DNA of 64,000 nucleotides, from NCBI GenBank assembly GCA_964007735.1, contig CAXGAI010000002.1, positions 1 to 64,000 of the forward strand, in the 5' to 3' direction. Shown one piece after another: positions 20,054-30,972 of this stretch (the first letter of the stretch is position 1; every line of letters starts with the position of its first letter). The position numbers were made by a program, and so were the translations under genes. The DNA comes from an uncultured Rhodopirellula sp. Its GTDB lineage: Bacteria > Planctomycetota > Planctomycetia > Pirellulales > Pirellulaceae. The notes beneath the pieces were generated by a model that saw only the letters and a program-made list of their open reading frames with translations, had not been told where the DNA came from and did no database searches.

Positions 20054-22260
20054 TATGCGTACCTCCTCCCGTTACGATATCTTCCATGCCTGATCCTTAC
20101 CCAAGTTATTTCCAGCACCATCAAGATCAGGGTGAGCATCAAAAGCTCTTTGTAGAATCCTCGACTATTATCGGTAAAGCCCAAGGAACCAGCTGAGCTG
20201 GTTTCAGCACGAACATTCAGAAAGGGGGTTAGTGTGTTGAATTCAATTAAATCATGAGCACTCTCGGTGACCGCAAGATTCCCTACAACCAGCGATGTCT
20301 CTATCACCTGGTCGTTTGAATGTTGATTCACATAATACACTCCCGGCATTTTGAACTCCGTATGCCACCAATATGCGTAGACTTCATCTGAATCGGAGTC
20401 TCGTGAGAATTCCATCGCATACTCAAGTGTCTGTCCATCGGGAGCCTGCACGGCAATGGAGACAGGGCCGTATTGCATAGAAACACGACGTTCAGGAAAT
20501 ACGCCGACATTGACATTAGAAGTTCGCACCCCCTGTTCTATGACATACTTCATCGATTCATGAATCAATGGTAAAAAACTGGGCCAGGTTCCCAAATCAC
20601 TCCAGCGATCTTCCTCCTGATCAATAGCAACCGCTGTACTTATCGTCAGTACATGCCCTCTTCCGACCGCACTGCACATCAATAGCGGAGTACCGTTTGA
20701 TAGCTCTAAAACAATCTCAGAAGTTCTGTCTGAAGCAACATCAAGCTCAACATATTTATAAACTGGCAGAGTCCTGATCCCGCTATTTGGATTTCTGCGG
20801 AACAAACTTGCAATCGCATGATTCGTAACCCGGACATCTGGCTGAGCCTGATCAACGGACGGATTATTCACAACCTTTCCCCAACGAATCCCCGAACTAC
20901 CTACTACCGAACCCGGGGAAATCGAAGTGTAAAAATTATTATATGAAATCAAATCTGTCGAATTTCCGGGAGTTACCAACAGAGTTCCACCTTGCTTGAC
21001 AAACCCAAGTAGTCGCCGCGTATTGAACTCCGAAATAACATCAAGTTCGCATATCGCAATGACATCAAATTCTTCCAGATGCTGTTGTTCAAACTCAACT
21101 TCATTGATGGTGTGGACGTAAACTGGCCAGTCCGGCGAATTTCTCGGAGCAAATGCCAGGCTTACAGCAGCCGATGCCTTTTCAGCACCATCTACGCAAA
21201 GAACCCGTATACGAGCAGGGCTATCAAAGGCCAACCATCTGTGGTTATCGATGAGTAATGAATCTTCGTCTAAACGTGCCTCGATCTGGTGACTACCAGA
21301 ACTAAGATTGTTTAATGACAATTCAATCGTCGTGGTCTCACCACTACTGATGGCAACTTCATCACGAACAATGAACTCGTTATCCAAAAACCAGGAGAGA
21401 CCAACATTACCATCCGTCTTCCTATAGTAGCAGTCAAGTTCAGCAAAGACTGTGACTTCCGAAGCGAAAGCACCTTGCGGGTATTTCATTGTTAAATTTT
21501 TAATGGCAATATTGGCGGCAGGATCAACGCAGCAATCAACAACAGACAATTCCCCCAACTCTGCAATCTTTTCCATCGAGGACTGCACCAGAGCATCCGG
21601 AAGTACTATTTCATCCCAGACATCTCGCTCCATGTCGGAAAACACAATGAACTGAGTGAAGAACAAATCTGGGTCCTGTTCACGAGAGTTCGCCGCCAAC
21701 TCTGCCCCCAATTCAAATACCGGGCCAAGCTTACCGCCTGTTGGCTGAGGCTGAATTTCATTGATTGCCGCTGCCACCTGCTGAAAATCATCACCGGGAG
21801 CTTCAACAACCCAATTCTGAAAATCGCCGATGGTTAATACAGAAACAACATCCCCATCGGGAAGTGAACGCACATACTCACTCGCCTTTTGCTTTGCCTT
21901 CTCTATCGAGGTCAGCCCTGTTTTGTCATCGATCGTGCCTGACGAATAGGTAGCGTCAATCATGAGGATGTGATGTGTACCGTTGGATTCATCGCCCACG
22001 TTTGGACTAAGCAAGACTGTACTGGGAGCACTGATAGCAAACAAAAACATCGCCAGTACGGCAACTCGCAACATCATCAGTATCAAGTTCTGTAGTTTGG
22101 CTTTCTGCGACTCTTGCTGCACCGCTTGCAAGACAAACTGCATGGCTCCCCAGGACTGCGATTTAAATCGGCGTCTTTTTAACAAATGAAGGACTAGAGG
22201 AATCAGCAGAGCAAAACTCCACCACAAACGTTCCGGAGACTCAAACAGTAAAGCAAACAT
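20053..22260 (-). CDS. BatA-domain/VWA membrane protein
   Basis: N-terminal BatA-type PLVLHLL-RRR...WGAMQF; degenerate MIDAS DATYS; FSD; CARDB-like DSLLIDN; C-terminal TM. Confidence 0.8.
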   Translation of the reverse strand: MFALLFESPERLWWSFALLIPLVLHLLKRRRFKSQSWGAMQFVLQAVQQESQKAKLQNLILMMLRVAVLAMFLFAISAPSTVLLSPNVGDESNGTHHILMIDATYSSGTIDDKTGLTSIEKAKQKASEYVRSLPDGDVVSVLTIGDFQNWVVEAPGDDFQQVAAAINEIQPQPTGGKLGPVFELGAELAANSREQDPDLFFTQFIVFSDMERDVWDEIVLPDALVQSSMEKIAELGELSVVDCCVDPAANIAIKNLTMKYPQGAFASEVTVFAELDCYYRKTDGNVGLSWFLDNEFIVRDEVAISSGETTTIELSLNNLSSGSHQIEARLDEDSLLIDNHRWLAFDSPARIRVLCVDGAEKASAAVSLAFAPRNSPDWPVYVHTINEVEFEQQHLEEFDVIAICELDVISEFNTRRLLGFVKQGGTLLVTPGNSTDLISYNNFYTSISPGSVVGSSGIRWGKVVNNPSVDQAQPDVRVTNHAIASLFRRNPNSGIRTLPVYKYVELDVASDRTSEIVLELSNGTPLLMCSAVGRGHVLTISTAVAIDQEEDRWSDLGTWPSFLPLIHESMKYVIEQGVRTSNVNVGVFPERRVSMQYGPVSIAVQAPDGQTLEYAMEFSRDSDSDEVYAYWWHTEFKMPGVYYVNQHSNDQVIETSLVVGNLAVTESAHDLIEFNTLTPFLNVRAETSSAGSLGFTDNSRGFYKELLMLTLILMVLEITWVRIRHGRYRNGRRYA

Positions 22261-23174
22261 CAGGAACGCCTCCGTGATTGAATGCGTTGGAAATATGCCA
22301 ACAATGCTGTTTGCAAGTTCACGTCGGTAACAAACAATTCATAATCAGCCCCCAGATTCCGGCTTCTGGCTTCAAATTCCTGACAATACTGACTGATTAA
22401 TGTTTTATATCTATCAGCAATCACCTCAGCTTCAACTCGGACTTTCTGGTTATCCTCAAGCCCATTTAACTGGAGGACCCCATCAAATGGAAAATCTAAC
22501 TCATCGCGATCCAGAATATGTATCAGTGTTACATCGTGACCTTCCACTCGTAATCGTTCAATCCCCTGAAAGACCGGTGGAAGTTCCATTAAGAAATCGC
22601 TAATGACATAAACAACACTTCGTTGTGACAGTCGCTCTGCGGTTTCAGTAAGTACATTCTTAAAGCTAAAATCTCCTGACGATCGAAGTGACGAAGGAAC
22701 CGCTTGCAAGAGCTCAATCAATCGTTCCAATTGGTCCGGATGAGTTGACGATGGCAACCAACCTTGTAGTTTGGTGTTTCCATGCCCTGCTCCTGCCGCA
22801 TCACCATTACGCAGAACGAGCCAGCTCAATGCGATCGCGATACACTGCGCATATTCATACTTGTTTAGCGTACCCTCAGCTCCGTAATTCATACTGGCTG
22901 ACGAATCCACCAGCACGCTACAGTGCATATTCGCTTCATCGACAAACTGTTTGAGATAGAGTTTGTCTGTACGCCCGTAAACCTTCCAGTCCACATGGCG
23001 CAAGTCGTCACCAGGAACATACTCACGATGTTCTGCAAACTCAACACTAACGCCTCGAAACGGACTTCGGTGACTTCCCGCCAGTAGACCTTCGACTATC
23101 TGACGAGATCTCAATGAAAGACCATCAAGAACTGCTAGCGTCTTCGGATCTAAAGACTTTGGAAGATTGGTCAC
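22260..23174 (-). CDS. DUF58 family protein (MoxR-associated, VWA-like)
   Basis: [41 protein letters not shown]. Confidence 0.92.
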   Translation of the reverse strand: MTNLPKSLDPKTLAVLDGLSLRSRQIVEGLLAGSHRSPFRGVSVEFAEHREYVPGDDLRHVDWKVYGRTDKLYLKQFVDEANMHCSVLVDSSASMNYGAEGTLNKYEYAQCIAIALSWLVLRNGDAAGAGHGNTKLQGWLPSSTHPDQLERLIELLQAVPSSLRSSGDFSFKNVLTETAERLSQRSVVYVISDFLMELPPVFQGIERLRVEGHDVTLIHILDRDELDFPFDGVLQLNGLEDNQKVRVEAEVIADRYKTLISQYCQEFEARSRNLGADYELFVTDVNLQTALLAYFQRIQSRRRS

Positions 23175-24207
23175 GCTGCTCCCGAGTCAAAGTGGAATGG
23201 TTATCAATTTCAGCTGAGCCCGATGAATTCAATTGCTGAATAATATGATCAATGACCTCGTCGGGGGTAATCTGACTAGCCGTGGCTGAATAATTAAGTC
23301 GAATCCGGTGTCTCAAGACACTATGAGCCACGGCGACCACATCATCATAGTCTACGGATAATCTCCCATGCAGCAACGCATGGGCTTTGGCGCCCAGTAC
23401 CAAGAACTGGCTACTTCGAGGACCGCCCCCCCACGCGACATGTTCACGTACAAAATCAGAGGCATCATCATTGGGGCGTGAGTATCGAGCAAGACCAATG
23501 GCAAATTGCGTGACATGGCTAGCGACAGGCATCTCACGAACCAAGGCGATGGCCCGCTCAATATCGTCAGCCCCTACCACCTGTTCAACCGTATTGTGCT
23601 GCAGCCCAGTGGTTCGTTGTACAATTTCCAACTCTTCCTCTTCTGTCGGATAGTCAATCATAAGTTGGAACATGAACCGATCCAACTGAGCTTCCGGAAG
23701 CGGATAAGTACCTTCCTGCTCAATAGGATTCTGAGTTGCCAACACAAAAAAGGGGCTCGACAGCTCCCGAGTCTTCCCGCCCACGGTCACCTGGCGTTCC
23801 TGCATCCCTTCGAGCAACGCAGCCTGAGTTTTCGGTGGCGTTCGGTTGATTTCGTCAGCTAACAATACATTAGTAAAAAGTGGCCCACGCTTAAATTCGA
23901 GCTCACGTTGACCGGTTTCACCATTCTCCTGAATAATCTCCGTGCCTGTGATATCCGTCGGCATCAAATCCGGAGTAAATTGTATTCGGCCAAAAGACAA
24001 ATTCATCGTATTGGCTAAAGTCTGGACCATCAGAGTTTTAGCCAGACCAGGCACGCCCACCAACAGGCAATGCCCTTCGCATAGCATCGCAATCAACATC
24101 TGTTCAATCACTTCGGATTGACCGACGACCTCCACGGCAACCTGCTCGCGTATACTGCGACAGAGTTGCTGCACGTCTGAAACCGCCTTCTTGATATCTG
24201 TTACCAT
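23125..24207 (-). CDS. moxR: MoxR-family AAA+ ATPase
   Basis: [59 protein letters not shown]. Confidence 0.95.
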   Translation of the reverse strand: MVTDIKKAVSDVQQLCRSIREQVAVEVVGQSEVIEQMLIAMLCEGHCLLVGVPGLAKTLMVQTLANTMNLSFGRIQFTPDLMPTDITGTEIIQENGETGQRELEFKRGPLFTNVLLADEINRTPPKTQAALLEGMQERQVTVGGKTRELSSPFFVLATQNPIEQEGTYPLPEAQLDRFMFQLMIDYPTEEEELEIVQRTTGLQHNTVEQVVGADDIERAIALVREMPVASHVTQFAIGLARYSRPNDDASDFVREHVAWGGGPRSSQFLVLGAKAHALLHGRLSVDYDDVVAVAHSVLRHRIRLNYSATASQITPDEVIDHIIQQLNSSGSAEIDNHSTLTREQRDQSSKVFRSEDASSS

Positions 24208-24211
24208 TTGC

Positions 24212-26350
24212 CTATTTCTCGTTTACGTTCGCAGCCGGAACTGCCTTGAATGCTTTCAATATTTTACCATCAAATAGAATCGCAAGCCGTTGGTTCATTT
24301 GTATCTGGTGCGCGTTTGATATGTCTAGCGAAGACTGGTGTACGGAAGCTTTACCTGACTCCCTATCCCAACTTACTTCGTACAACTCCTGACTTCCATT
24401 CACACGATATACTCGGTCACCATCAATGCAGATGGAATGTTGCGATTTCACCTCAGAAGACTGCAAAAGCAGAGGCACTCGTTTTGAATCATCAGCGGTG
24501 TGCATTTGCCAAAGACTATCACCACTCAACAACATTTGTCCACAAGGAGTAACATAAACTTCGGCCAAAGCCAGAGAGGGGTCCCTATATGCATTATGGG
24601 CAAGGCCTGTTCGTAGATCTAGCGAGAATACAATCTCAGAGTCAGCCGGAGCTACCACAACAGCCATTGCATTACGGTCAAAGCCGGCGGTGGACCGCCG
24701 CACAACTCTGGTTTCCAGCTCAGCTGATGGAAGGGGGTGATATGTCCTTGGATAAGAACAAACCCAATTTAGCTGGCCTGAAAGATCGACGGATGCCACC
24801 ATCCCAGTATTGGTAGTGAAGATCGCCTGGGCCCCAATCACATCAAGACCACATGAAACCAAATCCGTAATCGTACGATTAGCAATTGGCCTGGCCGCAC
24901 CGACGAAACATCTCCAATTTAGAGTCCCGCCCGACAGATCATAACTGGCGAGATAATGTCGGCACTGAAAAGCCTGATTCTCGCGTATGCCAACCAACAA
25001 TTGCTCACCTACAATTCTGGGAGCGGTTGCAAAGACCTGATAAGACCCCGATTGTGCTACGGGTAACTTGAGGGGGAAACCTTCAAGCATACGTCCCTCT
25101 TCCGCAAGGTCTAAAACCACTATCGAATTACCTTGAATATCCCCCGACTCAACACTCTGATGATGAGTTAGGGCCGGGTCACCCTGACGTGCCGCCAGCA
25201 GGTCTCCCACAACGTCAACGACAGGTGTGCTATTACCCCAATAGGGAATTTGCGAATCAAACCAACCGGCCACTTCTTGCTGGTGACCACGAAGCAGCCA
25301 ATAGGCTTCGTCGCCTTCACCGAATAATGGCTGACCACTGGTCAGGTTCAATGCCAGAATACCATTCATGGTATTGGCAAAGAGTTGATCACCGACGACC
25401 TTAAAACGCACATCTAGCTTTTGCTCCAAGCCTCGCTCATCAACCAATGCAGAAATATCACATCGCCACAGCTCACCGGACTCAAATATGCGGGAACTGT
25501 TCCGTCGTAATACTGACTCTGGTAAGAACTGCGTGACTGGTCTTGTTCCTCCAAAATGCTGCTGGAAAAATCCTTCCAGTAAACTTTGCCATGTTCCATT
25601 GAGTCCTCCCAGAGACCGAATATCCTCCGTGCCGTTCTCCGTCAACGCTTCGAGTAACTCTTTGGCTACCACTTCACGCCCTTCCAGAACATCCAGTACA
25701 ACTCTTCTTACCCCAATGCGTAACTGCGCGTCTTTGGACATCGCAAAGTCAGGCTGCCACTTTCCTGTGTAGGTCCTATTCAGACCAATCACTGGCGAAG
25801 ATTTATACCGATGCAGGAAAATACGGGCGGCTTCCAATTCGGCACGATTCATAAGCTCATCGCAAAGAACAAGATCCCAATCAGAGCTGGTAATATGCTG
25901 CGGGAAGAAACGAGCAAATTCCAATGACGGAACAAGCCCCATTCGAACGGCCTCCGAACGTTTATTCCGATCCTGATCACGAGCGGAAAAGTCGTCAGGC
26001 AGTTGAGAGTACCAGGCATTCACAAATTCCGGTACCGAAGCAAAGTTGCGCAGTGGAAATTCCTGAATTCGTGGCAACGGAACAAGGGAATCCGTATGCT
26101 GATAGAGAAGCTGGACCATTCGATCTTCAGCGCGCCGATACAAACCGGATTGCAGTGCCTGATTCGCCTGTTCGATGAGTTGATACCCTTCGGGTGACAA
26201 CAGGTTTAGACGTTGATCTTCGAGGCCAGCGGGATTGAGCACCGGAGCCAAAGAGGATTGAGCATGAATTACCGGTACACACCAATGAAAAGCTGCCGCA
26301 AAGCAGAAACTGCTTTGCCAAAGACGGTTCATTAATTTTCCTCTGCCCAT
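24212..26350 (-). CDS. Secreted protein with helical N-terminus and PQQ-like beta-propeller repeats
   Basis: Signal peptide; [38 protein letters not shown] propeller motifs. Confidence 0.7.
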   Translation of the reverse strand: MGRGKLMNRLWQSSFCFAAAFHWCVPVIHAQSSLAPVLNPAGLEDQRLNLLSPEGYQLIEQANQALQSGLYRRAEDRMVQLLYQHTDSLVPLPRIQEFPLRNFASVPEFVNAWYSQLPDDFSARDQDRNKRSEAVRMGLVPSLEFARFFPQHITSSDWDLVLCDELMNRAELEAARIFLHRYKSSPVIGLNRTYTGKWQPDFAMSKDAQLRIGVRRVVLDVLEGREVVAKELLEALTENGTEDIRSLGGLNGTWQSLLEGFFQQHFGGTRPVTQFLPESVLRRNSSRIFESGELWRCDISALVDERGLEQKLDVRFKVVGDQLFANTMNGILALNLTSGQPLFGEGDEAYWLLRGHQQEVAGWFDSQIPYWGNSTPVVDVVGDLLAARQGDPALTHHQSVESGDIQGNSIVVLDLAEEGRMLEGFPLKLPVAQSGSYQVFATAPRIVGEQLLVGIRENQAFQCRHYLASYDLSGGTLNWRCFVGAARPIANRTITDLVSCGLDVIGAQAIFTTNTGMVASVDLSGQLNWVCSYPRTYHPLPSAELETRVVRRSTAGFDRNAMAVVVAPADSEIVFSLDLRTGLAHNAYRDPSLALAEVYVTPCGQMLLSGDSLWQMHTADDSKRVPLLLQSSEVKSQHSICIDGDRVYRVNGSQELYEVSWDRESGKASVHQSSLDISNAHQIQMNQRLAILFDGKILKAFKAVPAANVNEK

Positions 26351-26366
26351 TTCGTTATTCGCCCAA

Positions 26367-26597
26367 CTACTGCTTTACAACGTAGCCTTCCACTATCCGC
26401 CCAAGATAAAAGACACAGATACCAAAAATCATTGCCACCAGCAAACCGTCCACGCCAAAGCCAAAGACATCCTGTCCGGCACGTTCCAATTCACTTTCAT
26501 TGGTATCCGGATCGTCAAAAATTAACTGCAATACGATCGCGGCGGGAAGAATGATGAGACCGGAAATCTGCATTAGTTTCCCCATTATTCTGACCAA
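26367..26597 (-). CDS. Small two-TM hypothetical membrane protein
   Basis: Two hydrophobic helices; G+xLQxxGLxxLP and FYLGRIVEG pattern; first gene of the MoxR cluster. Confidence 0.65.
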   Translation of the reverse strand: MVRIMGKLMQISGLIILPAAIVLQLIFDDPDTNESELERAGQDVFGFGVDGLLVAMIFGICVFYLGRIVEGYVVKQ

Positions 26598-26703
26598 GAC
26601 ATTATCTCCACAGGATTTGGCTGTATTTGACTAGTTACTCTATAGTGAGTTTTGACCTCAACTATATACTATTTTAGGTAGAGGCAATCCAAATCACCAA
26701 CAC

Positions 26704-27078
26704 ATGCTTCTAAAGATAGATATGCGATTCCTAAAAATAATAATTCAAAGTCTACGACTAAAGTGCTGCGTTTGCGGGCAGGGGAAAATGTTCCGTCGAT
26801 GGCTCATCATGAATGCCGACTGTCCCGAATGCGGTTGTCATTTCGAACGAGAAGCTGGCTTCTTCCTTGGTAGCATCTATGTAAATTACACTTTCACCGC
26901 TCTGACGATGACAATCCTATACATGTTAGGTTACTTCTTAAAGTGGGCCGACAATAATACACTTCTGATCTGGGCCTTGTTCTACGTGGTCATTGTGCCC
27001 GCTATTATTCACCCCTTTGCCCGAAGCCTGTGGGCTGGATTTGATCAGATGTGGGACCCCAGGGAACGGGAAGATTAG
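26704..27078 (+). CDS. DUF983-like zinc-ribbon membrane protein
   Basis: CCVCGQGKMF...CPECG...EREAGFFLG, two TM helices, RSLW. Confidence 0.75.
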   Translation: MLLKIDMRFLKIIIQSLRLKCCVCGQGKMFRRWLIMNADCPECGCHFEREAGFFLGSIYVNYTFTALTMTILYMLGYFLKWADNNTLLIWALFYVVIVPAIIHPFARSLWAGFDQMWDPRERED

Positions 27079-27383
27079 GCTTCGTCCACAACTGCAGACA
27101 GCGACTCTGCTTCTGTAAGCTTCTTATGACTACCTGTTTTCTCGCCGTTTTTTTTGCTCTTTCGTATAAGCACGTAAAAGTACGTACCAATACCAGTCAA
27201 AATGCTGAACGGCATCGCCATCATGAACATAATGCTCCAGAAATATCCCTGAACAAGCTCTTTGTTATTCTCGGATAAACTCTCTTTACACGTAGGGCAT
27301 GCCTGAACGGAATCAACAACGAAAAGGGCCAACAGCAATGTAAATGCTAAAGCCAATCGCTTTGTCGTACGGGAAACTTTCAT
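27075..27383 (-). CDS. Small exported membrane-anchored CxxC protein
   Basis: Signal peptide VQA|CPTCKE, one TM helix; last gene of the oxidase cluster. Confidence 0.7.
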   Translation of the reverse strand: MKVSRTTKRLALAFTLLLALFVVDSVQACPTCKESLSENNKELVQGYFWSIMFMMAMPFSILTGIGTYFYVLIRKSKKNGEKTGSHKKLTEAESLSAVVDEA

Positions 27384-27395
27384 GATGCCTCTATT

Positions 27396-27821
27396 CTAAC
27401 TCGGAACAGGAACTTGGTACAGCAGCCAGTAAACTACCACGCCGGTGACCGAGACGTACAGCCAAATTGGAAACGTTACCTTTGCCCACTTCAAATGCTT
27501 TGTCCGATTGTTTTTCAAACCATGTCGAATCGTGACAATTGCCCCGACCGGAACAAAAACAGCCAATATGATATGACTAATCAAAATGGCAAAATATGTA
27601 ATTCTCAACCAGGACGGATGAGATTTAGGAAAAGGTGTTCCGCCCCCTTTTTGATAGTGATAAATGAGATAACAAACCAGAAAAATTGACGATACGAGAA
27701 AACACGAAAGCATGGTCCACTTGTGAGCCTTTTCCTTTTTTTGCCTAATAAGGATGAAGCCGACAATCAATAGCACGGTAGCCAATGCGTTGAGTGATGC
27801 ATTTACAGCCGGAAAATCCAT
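27396..27821 (-). CDS. DUF420 family membrane protein (CtaM/YozB-like)
   Basis: PAVNASLN, HKWTM, YFAILISHIILA, WLYVSVTGVVVY. Confidence 0.9.
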   Translation of the reverse strand: MDFPAVNASLNALATVLLIVGFILIRQKKEKAHKWTMLSCFLVSSIFLVCYLIYHYQKGGGTPFPKSHPSWLRITYFAILISHIILAVFVPVGAIVTIRHGLKNNRTKHLKWAKVTFPIWLYVSVTGVVVYWLLYQVPVPS

Positions 27822-27823
27822 AT

Positions 27824-28630
27824 CTATTCTTCCATTTCCCCGATGACACCTGATTCTTCCGTAGATTCTGTACTATCTGCCACATCGGACGAATCTTCCG
27901 CCAACTCTTCTTTGTTTTCCTGCTGGCTTGTGAATTGAGCAATTTGCTCTTCCAACTGTTTTCTCTTTTCAGTCCACTCGGCAGGTTCACTCTTTTCCGT
28001 GAGAAGTGTTACTAGTTGCTGATTCATATCTTTTAACTCACTCTTATCCAGCCAGTTATATGTCCCACGCACATTCCCCCATTTATCTAATAGAACAAAT
28101 GAATCTGTATGTGTCCGAGGCCCAACTGACACACGAAAAAATTCCGAGCCTATTCGATTGATAAAGCCTCCATCTCCTGACAGGAACTTCCAATTCTCAT
28201 TATCTGTCGTGAACTTCTGCGAGTATTCGTGTAAACGTGCCGGCGTGTCATTCTCAGCATCGCATGTAATACTGACAAACTTTACACCCTTTCGAGCCCA
28301 AACTTCATGTAAGGCCTGCTTTTCGCGATTCTGCTGAACGCAAGTTGCGGGACAAGAGGCGAAAAAGAAACTCGCCAGCCAGACTTCTCCCTTTAGTTCC
28401 GTTGAACTAAAAGCTTCCCCCTGTTGGTCAACGAGTTCAAACTCAGTCACCCAAGGTTCACCTTCACCTGTCTCATAATCGGCGGGTTGAATCTTAGGTT
28501 GCCAGTCTGAATCAATCGTCATCTCGCTCTTACCAGACTGCTGATCCGTGCTGGAAGAAAGCTTCAGCAGTAGCAAGACGCCACCCACTAAAAGCATTAA
28601 TGCCACAAAAAAACCTGCTGCTTTACTCAT
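27824..28630 (-). CDS. SCO1/SenC copper chaperone
   Basis: FFFASCPATC (CxxxC), DTP, distal His in THTDSF; N-terminal anchor. Confidence 0.9.
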   Translation of the reverse strand: MSKAAGFFVALMLLVGGVLLLLKLSSSTDQQSGKSEMTIDSDWQPKIQPADYETGEGEPWVTEFELVDQQGEAFSSTELKGEVWLASFFFASCPATCVQQNREKQALHEVWARKGVKFVSITCDAENDTPARLHEYSQKFTTDNENWKFLSGDGGFINRIGSEFFRVSVGPRTHTDSFVLLDKWGNVRGTYNWLDKSELKDMNQQLVTLLTEKSEPAEWTEKRKQLEEQIAQFTSQQENKEELAEDSSDVADSTESTEESGVIGEMEE

Positions 28631-29463
28631 TTCAAATCACCGGAATTAGGTCGTTGACAAATTCTAAGGGCCCACGCAAAAAATAGAGCAGTGGACACAA
28701 TGATTACTAATATGCTTACCGTAAGTGATGGTACCCAAAAGTCCACTTCCGACAATCGGTCTTCGTACATCAAATCCCGGACAAGCGCAACTACATGCGT
28801 CAAAGGATTAAATTTCATTACCCAATGCAAAACCTCTTGTGACAACTGGCCCGTACCGAGGACCGGAACAGGAAAGAATGCTCCTGACAACAACCACATC
28901 GGCATGAGAACCAAATTCATGATCGCATGAAAGCCCTGAGTCGACTCCATTCTCCAGGCAAATGAAAAACCAACACAAGTCATCATCATCGATGCAATGA
29001 ACAAGACGCCAACCAAAGTCGCGAACTGGCTAACGGACCAACTGACGTCTAAAAACAAGGCTGCCGCCAGAAACAGGACTCCCTGAAGCATTGCGATAAG
29101 ACTACCGCCAAGTACTTTACCGGCAACCATAGCATGACGAGAAACGGGAGCTACCAATACACCCTGTAAAAATCCTGCCTGCCTATCTTCGATTACAGAA
29201 ATCGTAGTGTAAATCGCGGTAAACATCAGGAGCAAAACCAGCGAACCCGGAAAGTAGTATTCGAGAAAGCTCGTACGGGTGTCTGCCGACGTTGCCACCG
29301 AGAAACTACGATCCAACCCAAGGCCAAATAACAACCACATAAAGAGTGGTGTACCAATCGCACCAATCACACGATTACGTTGCCGAAAGAACCGAGCCAA
29401 TTCTCGCCAGGCGAGGCTTTGAACGACGCGCGTAAAAGATACCTTTGGAGATCCACCTCTCAT
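28627..29463 (-). CDS. ABC-2 type permease
   Basis: About six TM helices; EDRQAGFLQGVLVAP, LLSGAFFP, NPLTH. Confidence 0.9.
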   Translation of the reverse strand: MRGGSPKVSFTRVVQSLAWRELARFFRQRNRVIGAIGTPLFMWLLFGLGLDRSFSVATSADTRTSFLEYYFPGSLVLLLMFTAIYTTISVIEDRQAGFLQGVLVAPVSRHAMVAGKVLGGSLIAMLQGVLFLAAALFLDVSWSVSQFATLVGVLFIASMMMTCVGFSFAWRMESTQGFHAIMNLVLMPMWLLSGAFFPVPVLGTGQLSQEVLHWVMKFNPLTHVVALVRDLMYEDRLSEVDFWVPSLTVSILVIIVSTALFFAWALRICQRPNSGDLK

Positions 29464-30423
29464 CTAAGATGCCCCCCAAAAACGATGACCTGTCCGTGCA
29501 ATAAACACATCTTCCAAACTCGGCTTCCCCACCGAGATTTGCTGGATATGATCTTTGTAATTCTCATGTAACTCGGAAACCACTGAAGCGTCTGAAGTAC
29601 CGGAAATACGAATCATGCCATCCACCAGTTGGAGTTCAAGTTCCATCTCGTCTTTCAACTGCTCAATTAATTCCTCAGGGGTCTGCGACCTGATCGTAAT
29701 GACATCGCCACCAAGTTCAGAGCGAAGTACATCTGGCTGGTCTAAGGCGACTAATTCACCTTCATTTAAAATGGCAATACGATCTGCTCGGTCCGCTTCT
29801 TCAAGTAGGTGGGTTGTCATAAAGACCGTCATCCCTGTGGACTGCTGAAGCTGATGTACATAATTCCAAACGTCACTGCGTGCAGAGGGATCAAGTCCCG
29901 TAGTCGGTTCGTCCATGATGAGAAGACGTGGTCGATGCAAAAGACTTTTGGCCAATTCCACACGACGACGCAGGCCACCGGACAACTCATCTACTTTATC
30001 CCGTAAGCGATCCGCTATTCCTAACTGGTCACTTACTTCAACGATTCTCGCTTGCGAATCCACTCTAGACAAACCATATAAAGAGGCTTGAACTGCGAGA
30101 TTCTCATAGGCCGTTAATTTGCCATCCAGACCAGGTGATTGAAACACCACTCCCAAATCATGCCGAACAGCGTCCGCCGCGGAACGCAGGTCATTTCCAA
30201 AAACGGACAGACTGCCCTGCTGAGGCGTGATTAATGTGGATAGAAGACGAAAGAGGGTTGTCTTTCCGCTACCGTTAGGTCCGAGCAGGCTAAAAAGTTC
30301 ACCCGTCTGAACATCGAAAGCAACCTGTTTCAATGCCTGACGGTCGCCATAGTGAAAAGAGAGGTCTCGAAATTCAATCGCCAATTGTTCCGGCATAACG
30401 GAAACCTCTGAAGCCCCGGCCAT
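29464..30423 (-). CDS. ABC transporter ATP-binding protein (DrrA-like)
   Basis: GPNGSGKTT, LSGG, IMDEPT, TTH, PSLEDVF. Confidence 0.93.
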   Translation of the reverse strand: MAGASEVSVMPEQLAIEFRDLSFHYGDRQALKQVAFDVQTGELFSLLGPNGSGKTTLFRLLSTLITPQQGSLSVFGNDLRSAADAVRHDLGVVFQSPGLDGKLTAYENLAVQASLYGLSRVDSQARIVEVSDQLGIADRLRDKVDELSGGLRRRVELAKSLLHRPRLLIMDEPTTGLDPSARSDVWNYVHQLQQSTGMTVFMTTHLLEEADRADRIAILNEGELVALDQPDVLRSELGGDVITIRSQTPEELIEQLKDEMELELQLVDGMIRISGTSDASVVSELHENYKDHIQQISVGKPSLEDVFIARTGHRFWGAS

Positions 30424-30449
30424 TTCCTAGCACGTAGCTTTCTTAGAGT

Positions 30450-30935
30450 CTAGTGGGCATCATCTTCTGAATGTTCACCATCGGAAGCGTCACCGAGACC
30501 TGTTGCATTCACAGCGGCCACATCGTGATCAGGAATTTCATAGGCAGCACGATCAGTACGTTCATCGGTGTAGTGATTCGTTCGCATTCCGACATCAGGC
30601 ACGAGCATGAGGATTAAGAATAAACTCATGATCGAGGCAGGAATTGTCAGTACCCACTTCCATGTTCCAACTTCCCACTTCAAGTGCATAAAGAATGTAA
30701 TTACAAGGAATGCCTTTACACAGGAAACCGTCAGCATAATCCCCCAACCGCTCAACTCATTGCCATCGAATACACCTTTGGAAATCAAAGTGCCGACAAA
30801 AGTTGAAATAGCTGTACAAACCATTAACCCCACGAAAACTCGCTTAAAGGTTGGCATATGGTCATGATCATCATGGTCTTCATGATGTTCAGCGTTTACA
30901 TCGTGGTCACTCATCGTATTACTTTCACTCAGCAA
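30450..30935 (-). CDS. Cytochrome c oxidase subunit IV (CtaF/CoxD-like)
   Basis: Three TM helices with KAFLVITFFMHLKWE; His-rich ends; follows subunit III. Confidence 0.85.
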   Translation of the reverse strand: MLSESNTMSDHDVNAEHHEDHDDHDHMPTFKRVFVGLMVCTAISTFVGTLISKGVFDGNELSGWGIMLTVSCVKAFLVITFFMHLKWEVGTWKWVLTIPASIMSLFLILMLVPDVGMRTNHYTDERTDRAAYEIPDHDVAAVNATGLGDASDGEHSEDDAH

Positions 30936-30972
30936 TTCTTACAAATTGAATAAGAGCAAATAACTCCAGAAA

